NCBI GenBank assembly: GCA_951406725.2
Contig: OX597835.1
Span: 29,388,001-29,452,000 of the forward strand
Reading direction: 5' to 3'
Source: Octopus vulgaris
Lineage: Eukaryota
Length of the DNA: 64,000 nt
Shown one piece after another: positions 26,503 to 39,889 of this stretch. The number at the start of each line of letters is the position of its first letter. The stretch's first letter is position 1. Under the pieces are notes generated by a model. It was given only the letters and a program-made list of their open reading frames with translations. It searched no databases and was not told the origin of the DNA. The translations under genes and the position numbers were made by a program.

Positions 26503-26777
26503 AATATTCCTTGTATTGTTTGTCTTATACTCTATTTTTTCGTTGTTAACAAAAAGTCCGTTTCCTTGTTTGTTTTTATGTTATCGTTTCTCGTTGTGTT
26601 CTACGTTTATTTGTGGTGTCCTGTACTCTTATATATGTATATATGCATGTATATATACATATAGATGTAGGTATGTACATATATGTATGTATGCATATGT
26701 TTTATTTGTTAAATTGTTATTATATGATTGAACGCGGCGCATCACTTTCTTATTTCTCCAAGTAAGTTTTTATTATA

Positions 26778-26812
<35 letters not shown>

Positions 26813-26884
26813 ATGTGCTTGTATAAAATATATATGCTAATATAGTTATGGTAGTATGTGTGTCAATAGATATATATTATATAT

Positions 26885-27482
26885 ATATAAATAAATAAAT
26901 AAATGGAGTTAAACGCAGGTGTTATTCAAATTCTTTTACTTCTGACACATGTTTCAAAGATATCACTGGTATTATTCCAAAGGAATAAAATGATGTAAAA
27001 CAATGTAATCTTCTCTTAAGGGAAGTGAAGAAATGAAACTCGTCAATAAGACATTTTAATAGAAAATTATGGATATGTATAGTGATTAACTGAACGCTGT
27101 TACGATTGTTTCAAAAAACGTTATAAGATATAACGTCAAAGGTAGCCTATAGAAAGTGGAGGGATAAAGGAAAGAAATGAAAAGTATATAACTATATATA
27201 TATTTTTAAAAAAACATATAGACTTAGAAAAAGATATATCTAGTGAATGTGAAATGTAAGAAGAAAATTAATGTTTAAATTATATATAAAGATAGATATC
27301 ACTTATATGAACTAAAACTGTGTTTCTGCCAATGTGTACATCGGTTCGCACGCTCTATAACTCTGTTTACAAGGGGATATTTAGAAAATAAAAGAATAAA
27401 AAATAGCTCAGAATTTTAGAGGAGACAGAATTCCTTGTCTTTGTCATAAGGTATCGAGATTGAGAGAATCAACCAATCTAAA
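26885..27482 (-). mobile_element. 3' end of a coding Penelope-like element (endonuclease C-terminus + 3' repeat)
   Basis: Minus translation DWLILSISIPYDKDKEFCLL*NSELFFILLFSKYPLVNRVIERANRCTHWQKHSFSSYK* fits the PLE W.IL..Y..C.LC..E..I..LN.R.E..C.H..K terminus. Confidence 0.7.
26938..27026 (-). ncRNA. Decayed type I hammerhead in PLE 3' region
   Basis: ACTTCC-CTTAAGA-GAAGAT...ATCTTT-GAAA-CATGTG-TC-AGAAGT. Confidence 0.55.
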
Positions 27483-27484
27483 TT

Positions 27485-28475
27485 CAATCGTTTGGTTTCT
27501 TATTCTCTATCTCATGGTCGCACTGAATCATAAAATCCCATAGGATCTTTGCATTATCATTTTCGTTGATGCCTTCGGGTTTATGTTCGTACCAAATTTT
27601 TACTTTGTCAAGTACATTCTTGCTGTAAAGTATCCAATGGACAATCCTTGCTATGTTGTCCTCACATCCCTTATATTCTTTCTAGCCTAGTGACGTATAT
27701 TGACTGGTAGTATACTCCACGGTTTTACCATTTTGTCCACAAATTCTGCACTTATCACTTTCTGATGTGTTGTCTATTCTGTATTTGATGTAATTGGTTC
27801 TTAATACTTCCACTTGGGCAGTACAGATTACAGCCTCCGTTTCCGGTTTGAAATCACTTCAAGTCATCTATAGCCATCTTTTTTTCTCTGACTGTCTTAT
27901 CTTCAACTTCCCTATGTAATTCTCCATGCATTCTTTTCTTTATATGCCTCTTTTCAGTATCACTCATTCTCAAGTGCTTGTACAATGCTTTATCGTTGTA
28001 ATCTTTCATCCTACTCAGGCCCGACCTTCTTACTCCCAATAATAGCGGTTCTGTGGCATTTTTACATACCATGCTATGTTTTCTTCAGCTCTAATGCTCT
28101 GTTCCCATCCAATCAGTCCCTCTCCCCCTCTTTTTCTTGGTACATACAGTCTGTCTGTGTCACTTTTTCGGTGGAATGTTCCACATCCAGTCATCAGCTT
28201 TCTTGTCTTTCTATCTAAGCCGTTTAGTTCGTCTACTGTCCATGCCTTCACTCCTGCTCCATATCTAAGGAGTGAAACATCCAAGGTGTTGATAGTTTCA
28301 ATCTTATTCCATCCGTTTAATTTCGACTTAAGGATCAGTCTCAGTCTGCACAAGTACTCCAGCTTAAATTTTTCTGTCATTTCTTTCTCCATCAATTATT
28401 CCATTTCCAATATCCCCAAGTACTTATAGCCCGTCTGTTCTATCTGCTTCATAACCTCCCACGACGGTATTGCTA
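27485..28475 (-). mobile_element. R4/Dong-clade (restriction-like endonuclease) non-LTR fragment
   Basis: YKYLGILE, RLRLILKSKLNG, LYVPRKRGGEGL, DNIARIVHW, WYEHKPEG, KILWDFMIQCD. Confidence 0.88.
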
Positions 28476-29085
28476 GTCCGTCCGTCCACTACTACTATTA
28501 TTTTTATTATTATTATTATTGTTGTTGTTGTTGTTGTTACTATTATTATTTTATACTGAGAAGAATGGGGAGAGAAAACGGATGGAGAGAGGAAAAATTG
28601 GAGGAGGGAAAATGTGTCTGAGTTAATGGCTGCACACCGTTTATACAAAAAGATACATAGGTGAACGTACAGATTATATAGATAGAGCGAATATGATTCT
28701 ATATATAATAGCTTAAAGTCGTGGGGAAAAAAATCAATACCCATAGATATAAAAGTTTCTTAATTAACCTTCACTGATCACCGACATGAAAGAATCCACT
28801 CTTAGACGATTCTTGCCTTCAGCGACTCGGGAGAATCAGTGATAAGTTAAGCCGTTCCACTATTTCAATGGCAACCAGGTCATTCACATCTCTATATTTC
28901 ACCGAGCACTAAAGCTCTGTGGTTTTGTTTTACGACGTTCATTCATGTACGCAAGCGCACAGGTAAAGACTTAGAGAGAGAGAGAGAGAGATTGATAGAC
29001 AGATACATAGATACATACATACATACATACATACATACATACATACATACATACATGCACGTATGCATGCATACATACATATATA

Positions 29086-29183
29086 CTGCGTGGCATCTTG
29101 GGCAAGTGTCTTCTGCTATAACCCCGGGCCGACCAATGCCTTGTGAGTATATTTGGTAGACGGAAACTGAAAAAAGCCTGTCG

Positions 29184-29218
<35 letters not shown>

Positions 29219-29440
29219 ATGTGTGTGTTTATGTGTCTGTGTTTGTCCCCCTAGCATTGCTTGACAACCGATGCTGGTGTGTTTATGTCCCCGTTACTTA
29301 TCAGTTCGGCAAAAAGAGACCGATAGAATAAGTACTGGGCTTACAAAAGATTAAGTCCCAGGGTCGAGTTGCTCGACTAAAGGCGGTGCTCCAGCATGGC
29401 GGCAGTCAAATGACTGAAAACAAGTAAAAGAGTAAAGAGA
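29086..29440 (+). mobile_element. SINE family A, 5'-truncated
   Basis: Consensus match. Confidence 0.9.
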
Positions 29441-29599
29441 GAGAGAATATAGAAATATGTGTGTGTGTGCGCGCGTGAGTTCAGAAGAGATCCCTCGAAG
29501 AAACTCCGAGTAATGTTAATCGAAAGGGTGCGTTGCTGTTGATGAGGGAATTTCTTTTGGTCGAATCATTAATTCTTCACATTGAGAAATCACAGTTTT

Positions 29600-29860
29600 G
29601 GATATGTGATTATAATTTCGCAGAAGGAATCACAAGAACAATTCTCGAAGCTGGGTCAACTAGTAGGAGACCCAGGGGTTGATCAAGAACTAGATGGCCG
29701 GAGGATATCCCTAGTCTCAGTCATTCACGCTTGGGGATACAGTCGGAAAAGCTAATGATGGTTGCTTCTGATAAAAAGAAAAAAATACTATGGGGAGTTG
29801 CCTGAGAACTCGATTCACCATAACTCTCCCAAGAATAGTGGGCTGAGAACATGGATAGAT
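29600..29860 (+). mobile_element. RTE-like LINE 3' fragment
   Basis: ITRTILEAGSTSRRPRG*SRTRWPEDI motif. Confidence 0.55.
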
Positions 29861-29894
29861 GGATGCATGGTTGGATTAATGGATATATATATAA

Positions 29895-29959
<65 letters not shown>

Positions 29960-29995
29960 TTGTGTCTGTATATCTATTTATATCTAAATATCTGG

Positions 29996-30056
<61 letters not shown>

Positions 30057-30218
30057 GGAGTATATCCAAACTTACAAGAAAAAATTAGAATTAGGATTAA
30101 ATCAAATTTCACAGTATATTATATTAATTATATTTATTTTTTATTTTTTATGTTTTGGTTTATGTCTATCACTGTTTGAGCTGCCTAATAGTGGTTTTAT
30201 CTCTAATTTAATTTATAT

Positions 30219-30249
<31 letters not shown>

Positions 30250-30264
30250 CGTATATATACCCAC

Positions 30265-30585
30265 TCATGAAAGCAACACGAAAGATTGTGTTTTGTTCAT
30301 GGCAGCGTCCTTGGAAGCTGTTTGGAGCATGACAACTGTTTTGGGCCTCCGTTTTCCCCAGCAGAAAACAAAGTTTCACGGAAGCACGCACTTCCTGTGT
30401 TTCAGGCATCGTGAAAATCGACGAACAGGGGAGAAACAGTGCAAAACAAAGACGCACCACGTGGCAGTAGGACCACACATGACGGCGCCGATCGGCATAT
30501 GATGCCCCAGAGTCGCATCAAGTGGCTTCTACCGGCCAGAAACCCGAACTACAACAGGCTTTGAAGTATCCAGTTACTTTTGCTT
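30265..30585 (-). mobile_element. Mariner 5' fragment
   Basis: MPETQEVRASVKLCFLLGKTEA, a mariner HTH N-terminus. Confidence 0.65.
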
Positions 30586-30604
30586 TAGTTCTTGTATATA
30601 TGTA

Positions 30605-30692
<88 letters not shown>

Positions 30693-30693
30693 A

Positions 30694-30729
<36 letters not shown>

Positions 30730-30749
30730 CTCTCTCTCTCTCTCTCTCC

Positions 30750-30784
<35 letters not shown>

Positions 30785-30787
<3 letters not shown>

Positions 30788-30939
30788 TCTCTCCCTGTTT
30801 ATTTCAGTGTTCCTTTCTATCGAAGAGCGAGCGTAGGCTCGAAACTTAAAATATTTACTCACTTCCCGAGCGTTAACGTAATACATCTATTTGTCCATTA
30901 CACACCTGTCGTCGCCTTTTGGCTTTTTGTAAATACTCA

Positions 30940-30940
<1 letters not shown>
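30785..30940 (+). mobile_element. PLE-like terminal-repeat fragment
   Basis: GAGCGTAGGCTCGAAAC motif; homologous to 61865-62040 and 20735-20850; ends in (TA)n. Confidence 0.55.
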
Positions 30941-31003
<63 letters not shown>

Positions 31004-31086
31004 GGACTACCATATTAGCTTGGCGATAACTATTAATATCCAGTACCGCTGTCGTAGTCTCCTTTAGAGAGACTTAGAAATTTCAA

Positions 31087-31147
<61 letters not shown>

Positions 31148-31199
31148 TACTGGGAGAAGAAGAAGAAACGAAACGAAACGGAACAAATCGAATCGAATC

Positions 31200-31580
31200 G
31201 ACGCGAAGGCGCTCAGACATACAATAGTGTAATAAATAAAATATATGCATACATACATACATATATGTACGTACCTACATCTACATGCATATATACATGC
31301 ATATATAAATATATATACGTGAGTACAGGACACCACAAATAGACGCAGAACTCAACGAGAACAAAAACGTAAAAACAAGCGTGGAACGAACCTTTTTTTT
31401 ACAAGGAAAAAACAGAGTACTAGACAAACTACACAAGGAAAAGTCCCCTTCATCAGCTGTCCCTAGTTCAACTCCAGCGTGTTTCGAAGGTGAGGACAGA
31501 ACACAACTCGTCGAACTAACCCTTCATGCGAAGAAATTAAAGGAAATTACTTCGCAGAGGAGTAAAAACAAGGAAAGAAC
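31200..31580 (-). mobile_element. Diverged copy of the 25455-26775 PLE-like repeat
   Basis: GAGTACAGGACACCACAAAT...CCCCTTCATCAGCTG...GTTTCGAAGG homology. Confidence 0.75.
31445..31505 (-). ncRNA. Rearranged hammerhead candidate, family H1 (covariant copy)
   Basis: TGTG-T-T-CTGTCCT-CACCTTC-GAAA-CACG-(13 nt)-AGGGACAG-CTGATGA-AGGGG; compensatory C-G to T-A change in stem I. Confidence 0.7.
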
Positions 31581-31621
31581 AAACACATATACACACATAC
31601 ATACATTCATACATACATAGA

Positions 31622-31671
<50 letters not shown>

Positions 31672-31719
31672 TATATATAATACATACATGCATATATATA
31701 TTTATATATATATATATAT

Positions 31720-32552
31720 AGCAATAATAATTCTCTAAAAGAGATATAGACAGTAACTGCTCGATAACATAAGGGACTAAAGCCATCTGAATATGGCTAG
31801 GGACAGGGCAGGGTGGTGGGGGTGTTACTGTTGCATTTAGCCCCAGGCGAACATCGACGTCACCAGAAAGGCTAGACACCGTCACGGTGTCCTTATCCTG
31901 CAAAGGGAGATAATTCCCCGATGAAGCGGAAACCACACACGGACCATGGTTTCAAGGTGTATTGCCTATCGTCGGCGTGTGGTAGGCTTCCGCTTCCTCG
32001 ACGAATCCTCACTCTGCAGGATATTCATATATAGATTTTCAAGCAAAATACATTTGCTGATTTCGAAAATCTGTTCGAAAGCAATAATAATTCTCTAAAA
32101 GAGATATAGACAGTAACTGCTCGATAACATAAGGGACTAAAGCCATCTGAATATGGCTAGGGACAGGGCAGGGTGGTGGGGGTGTTACTGTTGCATTTAG
32201 CCCCAGGCGAACATCGACGTCACCAGAAAGGCTAGACACCGTCACGGTGTCCTTATCCTGCAAAGGGAGATAATTCCCCGATGAAGCGGAAACCACACAC
32301 GGACCATGGTTTCAAGGTGTATTGCCTATCGTCGGCGTGTGGTAGGCTTCCGCTTCCTCGACGAATCCTCACTCTGCAGGATATTCATATATAGATTTTC
32401 AAGCAAAATACATTTGCTGATTTCGAAAATCTGTTCGAAAGCAATAATAATTCTCTAAAAGAGATATAGACAGTAACTGCTCGATAACATAAGGGACTAA
32501 AGCCATCTGAATATGGCTAGGGACAGGGCAGGGTGGTGGGGGTGTTACTGTT
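31720..32552. repeat. Tandem array of a 360-bp unit (2.3 identical copies) within (TA)n
   Basis: 31720-32079 = 32080-32439; partial third copy 32440-32552. Confidence 0.97.
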
Positions 32553-32589
32553 ATATATAAACATATATATATACATACATACACACATA

Positions 32590-32966
32590 TATGTGACCGG
32601 CTCCTTTTAGGTTCCATCTACCAAATCTACTCACAGGGCTTTGATTGACCCGAGGCTATAGTAGAAGACACTTGCCCAACGTACTAGTCAGTGGGACTGA
32701 ACCTGGAACCAGGTGGTTGGGAAGCAAGCTTCTTAGCCCACAGCCAAGCCTGCGCCTATACACATACATATTTCTTATCTTTTTTTTCTTTCCATTCTTT
32801 CAGTCACCCGACTGCGGCCATGCTGGGGCATTGTCTTTAAGAACCTTTTGGGGAATAATTCGACCCTACCACGTATCTTTTTATTAAGCCTCGTACTCAT
32901 TCTATCAGACTCTTTTGTCGAACTATTGGGTTATGGGTAGATAGACACACCAACACGAGTGGGACA

Positions 32967-33010
<44 letters not shown>

Positions 33011-33175
33011 CATAGTCACACACGCATACACACACACATACAAGCACACACACACACAATATAAACAACAGGCTACTTTCAGTTTCTGTTTGCAAAATCC
33101 ACTCGCAAGGATTTGGCCAGCCAAGGTGCTACACAGTGGGAATGAACCCGGAACTACGTGATTGTAAAGCAACAC
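32590..33175 (-). mobile_element. Two decayed SINE family A copies
   Basis: 5' half at 32590-32758; older copy at 32795-33175. Confidence 0.7.
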
Positions 33176-33193
33176 TTTAGTTAATTAGTTCGT

Positions 33194-33562
<369 letters not shown>

Positions 33563-33629
33563 ACAGACATCATTAGCAAAAACAAAAATTTCAAATATAC
33601 TACAAATATGGTGGACTGGATTTACAAAA

Positions 33630-33672
<43 letters not shown>

Positions 33673-34263
33673 ACGAATAAATAAAATATAATACATTAAA
33701 ACAAAAACACCACCAGCGAATACAAGTACTTAATCATAAGGGTACGAAAACCTCATTTGCATAAATCATTTCGCACTCAACGACATCGTACATTGCACTT
33801 CATACAACCTTGAAGTTTCCCTCCAAAATTCCCTTTAAGTTGAAATTTCCTCGTCTTTATCACCGCATCAACGGAGATGACATTTTTTTTTCTTTTTGTA
33901 TATTTTTGTATACATTTCTTATTGCAAATTTTTTTTTCTGTTTATTTTCTTTTATGAGTTTTTTATCTTTCATTTTTATTGTTACGTTTCTTTCTTCTAT
34001 TTCTTTCATTATTTTTTTGATTTAATTTCTTTCTTTGTTGTTGCGTTTGTTTTATATTCTTCTTCTTGCGCTGTTGTTCTTGCCGTTGTTTTCTTTGTTG
34101 TTGTCGTCGTCGTCGTCGTTGTTGATGTTGTTGTTGTTGGAAGCGAAGGAACAAATTCGACAAGTGTTTATTTATGATTTCATCAGTGAAAAAAAGGTAT
34201 ATAAAACAAGCATCATCATCGACAACAGCCAAAATAATAATTAGAAATATAAATTTCATTAGA

Positions 34264-34293
34264 GGATGATGGTGATGATGATGATGATGACAA

Positions 34294-34325
<32 letters not shown>

Positions 34326-34370
34326 CCATCTTCATCATCGTCATTATCAACATCATCTTCATCATCGTCG

Positions 34371-34406
<36 letters not shown>

Positions 34407-34580
34407 CCATCTTCATCATCGTCATCGTCATCATCATCATCATCATTATCATCATCATCGTCATCATCATCATCATCATCATCATCATCGTCGTCGTCGT
34501 CGTCATCATCATCATCATCATCATCATCATCGTCGTCGTCGTCATCATCATCATCATCATCATTATCATCATCATCATCG

Positions 34581-34612
<32 letters not shown>

Positions 34613-34640
34613 TTCATCATCATCATCATCATCGTCGTCG

Positions 34641-34671
<31 letters not shown>

Positions 34672-34688
34672 TATCATCATCATCATCG

Positions 34689-34720
<32 letters not shown>

Positions 34721-34780
34721 GTCATCATCATCATCATCATCATCGTCGTCATCATCATCATCATCAACATCATCATCATT
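34264..34780. repeat. (CAT)n/(CGT)n trinucleotide tract
   Basis: Direct reading. Confidence 0.95.
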
Positions 34781-35153
34781 AATTGCAATAGCAAGAGCCG
34801 CAAATGTTTAATTCATTAGCGGAAGAATATAAATAATAATAACAACAACAACAGCAGCAGCAGCAGCAACAATTCCATCAATAACATCGACTCCTGAGTA
34901 AAAGCAAAACCCGAATCTACGAGTAAATTACATTTATGGAAGAATATGAAAAAAACGCGGGCAACATTGGACTCAACATCAGCAAACAGCATCATCATCA
35001 TCATCAGCAGCAGCAGCATCATTATCATAATCCTCATCATTATTGTCATCTTTATCAACAGCAACAACAACAAAATCATCATCGACTGCTTCCACGATTT
35101 GATCAGTGCCAGAATATAAACAATAACGGCAAAAAATATCATCATCATCATCG

Positions 35154-35188
<35 letters not shown>

Positions 35189-35347
35189 GAGCTCGTTGTC
35201 GTCCCCATCATCATCATCATCATCATCGTTGCCACCATCATCATCATCTTCATCAACAGAAGCAACAGTAACAGCTACAAATGTTTCATTCGTACAAAAC
35301 ATCAACACCTACTATTACTACTACTACTATTACTATTACTACTACTT

Positions 35348-35379
<32 letters not shown>

Positions 35380-35426
35380 GCTGCTGCTGCTACTGCTGCT
35401 ACTACTACTACTACTACTACTACTAT

Positions 35427-35480
<54 letters not shown>

Positions 35481-35960
35481 AGCCAAATGTGACTATTACA
35501 ACTTTAAAATACTCGTTCTTTACATACGCACTTCTACACATTCACATACACACACACACACGCACACGCATACACAAATACACACACATGCACGTAATCA
35601 AACCCAGAAGCTAACACATACACAGAATCTCGATGTGGTCACCCGATCTATTAGAAACGGCAGTCAAATCTCCCTTAAATATGGAAAGGTTGAGCAAGTA
35701 ATGCATATTTCCCAAGCGATGGGATGGTCATGGATAGAATGACAAACAACAACACTTATAGTCCTTTTCAAACAGGCACAGATATTATTGTTTGTGTGTG
35801 TGTATGTATCTATGTATATATATGTATGTGCGAGTGCGTGTGTGTATGTATATACATATATACATATACTTACACATATACGTATATATATATATATATA
35901 TATATATACGTATATGTGTAAGTATATGTATATATGTATATACATAAACACACGCACTCG

Positions 35961-36007
<47 letters not shown>

Positions 36008-36054
36008 AAACAAGTCAAGATAGAAAATGCTAAAATAATTTTATAAAGAACATT

Positions 36055-36095
36055 TCGATACCGGTTTCGGTCATTTGAGACTTTTTCAACTGTAA
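36055..36095 (-). ncRNA. Decayed minimal hammerhead-like motif
   Basis: TTGAAAA-AGTC-TCAAAT-GACC-GAAA-CCGG-TA with palindromic ACCGGT; first box degenerate. Confidence 0.3.
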
Positions 36096-36705
36096 CAACT
36101 AAAAAATTATGTTTAGAAAAATTAAAAGAAAAGTGTTTTAAAACGAATATTTGTATCGTCTTCAAATATAAGTGGCATTTTCCTTGTGCTGCCTTTCTCT
36201 GTCTCTCTTGTTTACTCTACACATACACGCACACATACACACACACATATATATATATACACATAATGTATATATGCGTATGTGTTTGTTCACCACAAAA
36301 GCTTGGCAACTGATGTCTTTTAACTCTTATCTCTTAATTGTTTCAGTCATTATATTCCAGTCATGCTGCAACCACCGCCTTGAAGAATTTATAGTCGAAC
36401 GTATCGACACCAGTACATTTTTTAAGACTGGAACTTATTCTATCGATTTCTTTCATCGAACGTAAATGTCGAACGATGATAATGCGTGTTCAACATCGCA
36501 CTGGTGGATATAACTTCTTTATTTGTGAGTTAAGGCTACCATTGGTTTCATGTTAAGAAAAGTAGTAAAGTATCCTAGTGTCATAACAATAATTTTTCAA
36601 GCCACTCACATGGAGAAATCTACATATATATTATATACGCACATACACACACATATATACACAAAAATGCGCACACACACATACCTACATTCATATAAAC
36701 ATATG

Positions 36706-36810
<105 letters not shown>

Positions 36811-36990
36811 AGATGAATAATCTTGTGCAGATTAATCAAAAGTTTAACCGATACCTTGAAACATGTGTAGAATGCAATAAAAGGAATTCTGTTCAATCTT
36901 CGTTCAACTCCATTTCTTCAATTCACTAATAATATATATATATATATATATAAATATATATATATAATTTTATATATATATATATATATA

Positions 36991-37187
36991 AATGTGACCT
37001 CGTGTGTACCGTTGGCGATTTTTTTCCTCTGTCTTCCCTTCTCTGGATCTTTCCTTCTCCTATGTTTCCGACGAAGAGCTCCGTTCGAAACGTTAAACCC
37101 TCCTTCTTTCCGTCTTTCCTGAGCGTCCAAAAATATATTTCCACGTCCTCGCGTTGTTGTGATTTTTGTGCTTTCTTGTTAGGATTA

Positions 37188-37192
<5 letters not shown>
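36991..37192 (+). mobile_element. PLE-like terminal repeat P1 with minimal hammerhead (37064-37098)
   Basis: GTTT-CCGACGA-A-GAGC-TCC-GTTC-GAAA-CG-TT-AAAC; (TA)n on both sides; copies at 44560 and 60977. Confidence 0.7.
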
Positions 37193-37240
<48 letters not shown>

Positions 37241-38029
37241 ACACACACAATTATACACATACAAACGCATACATACACATACATACACAGATGCGCATGT
37301 GGTACATGATCTAACGATTTCTATAACTGCAACACGAACAACAACATGATATCACTCCATTCCTCACCCCACCACCCTTTTTATTTCATAACTACTTACG
37401 TGTTTTTTTGTTTTCTTCTTATATCAATGTATATCTGTTTATCTAAATATTTATGTTTTTATCTTTTATTTGTTGTTTCTTTTTTGCTTGTTTGTTTGTG
37501 TATGTGTATTGTGTGTGTGTGTGGGGGGGTTGCATGGCATGTTTTTTTTGTCTTCTTAGTCGTCCAAGAACTTACTGTCAAGAATTCACAGACACGGAAT
37601 CAATTTATTTACATTCAGTCGTTGAATCAGCAGCAGCATCTCCATCACCACTACCACCACCACCACCACCACAACAACAACAACAACATCCACGATCATT
37701 ATCATCACGCCACCACCACCACCACCACCACCACCACCAAAAACAACACCAACAACAACAACAACAACACCAACACCACCACCACCATCATCATAGTCCT
37801 CATCACCCCATCACTATTATCATCATCATCATCATCACTCCACCACCGTCATCAGCACCACCATCATCGTTAGCCTCATCCACCCATCCCTTTAGATAAA
37901 TTTAATCTAATCTTTCTAATTGATAGTTATTCGAGTGAATTAATTTACTTATCAGCGTGTGTGTACGCGTTGATGTAGCCAAGCGCTGGCAATATCGTTA
38001 CAAAGTCGGATGGAATACAGTACGATATT

Positions 38030-38995
38030 TGTGCCGGCTGTCTGCTTTCGAAGTTCAAATGCCACCGAGGTCAGCTATGCATCTCATCTATTTGGGGTTG
38101 GTAATTAATGTCCTAGCCTAGGGCTGAATTGATAGAACCGTGAACGAGATGTCATATTGCGGTCTTTTTCCTGGCTCTTTACACCAAGAGTTCAAATACC
38201 AACGAGGTCAACAATGTATCTCATCTATTTAGAGTTGATGGTTAAAGTACCCGTCCAGGGTAGAATGAATTGATAGAAATACGGACAGAATATCTTGCTT
38301 CATGGTGGAGATGAGGTAGAGTCGAGAGATCGTCAAATTAAAAGCTCTATGCAGCATTTGTTCCAGCCCCTTATGCTTTTGATTTCAAAAACTAAGATGA
38401 TCAACAAAGTATTTCATCTGTTCAAAGCCGATAACTGAAGTCCAGAGTAAAGGAGATAGATAGAACCTTGGGCGAAATGTCTTGTTTCATGTCAGTGATG
38501 AGATAGAATGGTGAGAGAATATCAAATAAGTATTTGTTCTGGTCCTTTCCGTTATGAGTTCAAATACCAGAGAGATCGACTATGTACCTCATCTATTCAG
38601 GGCTGATAATAAAAGTACCGTTCTAGCATAGATTAAAGAGAGCCTCGGACTAGTTATTTCATAGCAGTATTTTTCCTGCTCTTTGCGTTCTTGTTTAAGT
38701 ACCACCGAGGTGTACTCCGCATTTCACATTTTCCGTGTCGATACATAAAGCACTATTCGCTAGAACGCCGGACGTAGTAACTCGCCATTTAGATATGGAA
38801 GTATCGTTAGAACAGTGGTGCTTCTTCTGGCTCTTTGAGTACCGAGTTCAAATGCCGCTGATGTCAACTTTGCATTTCCCTTTTTCCTTTATTTTCGGGG
38901 TCGATAAATAAAGTCCCAGCTCGGAGCGGAATTAGTAGAGAATTAGCAGCAATATCTTTAGTTCTGGTTGTTTACCTTCAGAGTTCACACTTAGC
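38030..38995 (+). repeat. Degenerate tandem array of SINE-B core units
   Basis: GTTCAAAT..CCGAGGTC..CATC..GGGTCGAT-like blocks recur at 38053, 38190, 38382, 38558, 38693, 38846 and 38983. Confidence 0.75.
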
Positions 38996-39344
38996 CTCCT
39001 AATACCAATCTCCTTCTCTTCCTTCCCTTTTTTCTCCTCCTCTTTCTTTTCTTTCTTTTCTGTCTTTTCTTTCTTCACCCTCTTCCTTTTCTGTCTCCTC
39101 CTCCTCCTCCTCCACCTCCTCTTCGTTGTCTTTCTTTCTCCTCTACACGTTGGGAAAACAGGGCCTTCGAGACTCGATTAACAGTGATAGATCTCCACAG
39201 TCAAATGTAAATACTAGAAAGGTCGCCTAAGGCCACACGTCGCTGGCTTGAATGAGGACACCCCTCCAAGTATACATTAAAAATATGGGAAAGGCAAGGA
39301 CATGTATTCGCATCGTAAACAGCAGCAGCAGCAGCAGTAGTACC

Positions 39345-39383
<39 letters not shown>

Positions 39384-39600
39384 CTGTGTCAGTATTAATC
39401 AAGTAGATCCTATGATGAGGGATTTTGCCAGTGTGACCATTTCGTCTTTTACGCCCACTTATCTATTGTGACTTTCATGGAAAAGTATTTTATCAGGGAG
39501 ATTTTGCTGTTATCTCTAGCACTCAAGCGATTAAATAGTAGTTCCCCATTCGTCCTGACTATCGTTATTTGCACCACGACAGATTTCATCGAACAAATTT

Positions 39601-39635
<35 letters not shown>

Positions 39636-39672
39636 TTAAAAATTGTGAAGCATGACTGTCACCACTACTACA

Positions 39673-39716
39673 TGAACCTGAAGATTGCATAATTTAATGC
39701 ATGAAAGTACTAGTCA
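39673..39716 (+). ncRNA. Type I minimal hammerhead, core intact
   Basis: TGAAC-CTGAAGA-T-TGCAT-AATTTA-ATGCA-T-GAAA-GTAC-TA-GTCA; palindromic AGTACT helix III; 1-nt deletion in stem I. Confidence 0.6.
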
Positions 39717-39889
39717 AATCAGAATGAACGTTTAACATTCTATTATTTTATTTTATTTTATTATATTATATTATATTATTTTATATCATTATAAGATTGT
39801 AAATAAAACGTGAAAATCAGACAAGGTTGGAATTCCTTTTATTAATATATATATATGTATATATATATTTGTGTGTGTGTGTTATTTTA

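Larger units (their letters stand above)
25455..26775 (+). mobile_element. Non-autonomous Penelope-like element with inverted and partial-tandem terminal repeats
   Basis: 25455-25832 is the reverse complement of ~26362-26720; 25835-25970 is a direct copy of ~26645-26775; (TA)n on both sides. Confidence 0.75.

Noticed and set aside
28770-28820. CTGATCA...GAAA-GAATC..GATTC-TT hammerhead-like motif
   Set aside because: G8 missing, no stem II and no stem I pairing.
31923-31996. Hairpin-ribozyme loop B or hammerhead (CCGATGA-AGCG-GAAA) in the 360-bp unit
   Set aside because: No stem II, no matching stems I/III, and the loop B consensus is not met; twister and HDV-like cores were also not found by eye.
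31607-32617. Repeated ORF MVSASSGNYLPLQ... as tandem genes
   Set aside because: Non-ATG start, no recognisable domain, and a by-product of the tandem duplication.
33755-33762. Octamer ATTTGCAT (also ~18705) as an enhancer or snRNA promoter element
   Set aside because: An 8-mer expected by chance in AT-rich DNA; no adjacent snRNA gene seen.
38030-38995. CRISPR-like repeat-spacer array
   Set aside because: Eukaryotic context, irregular long period, and the units are SINE-derived.
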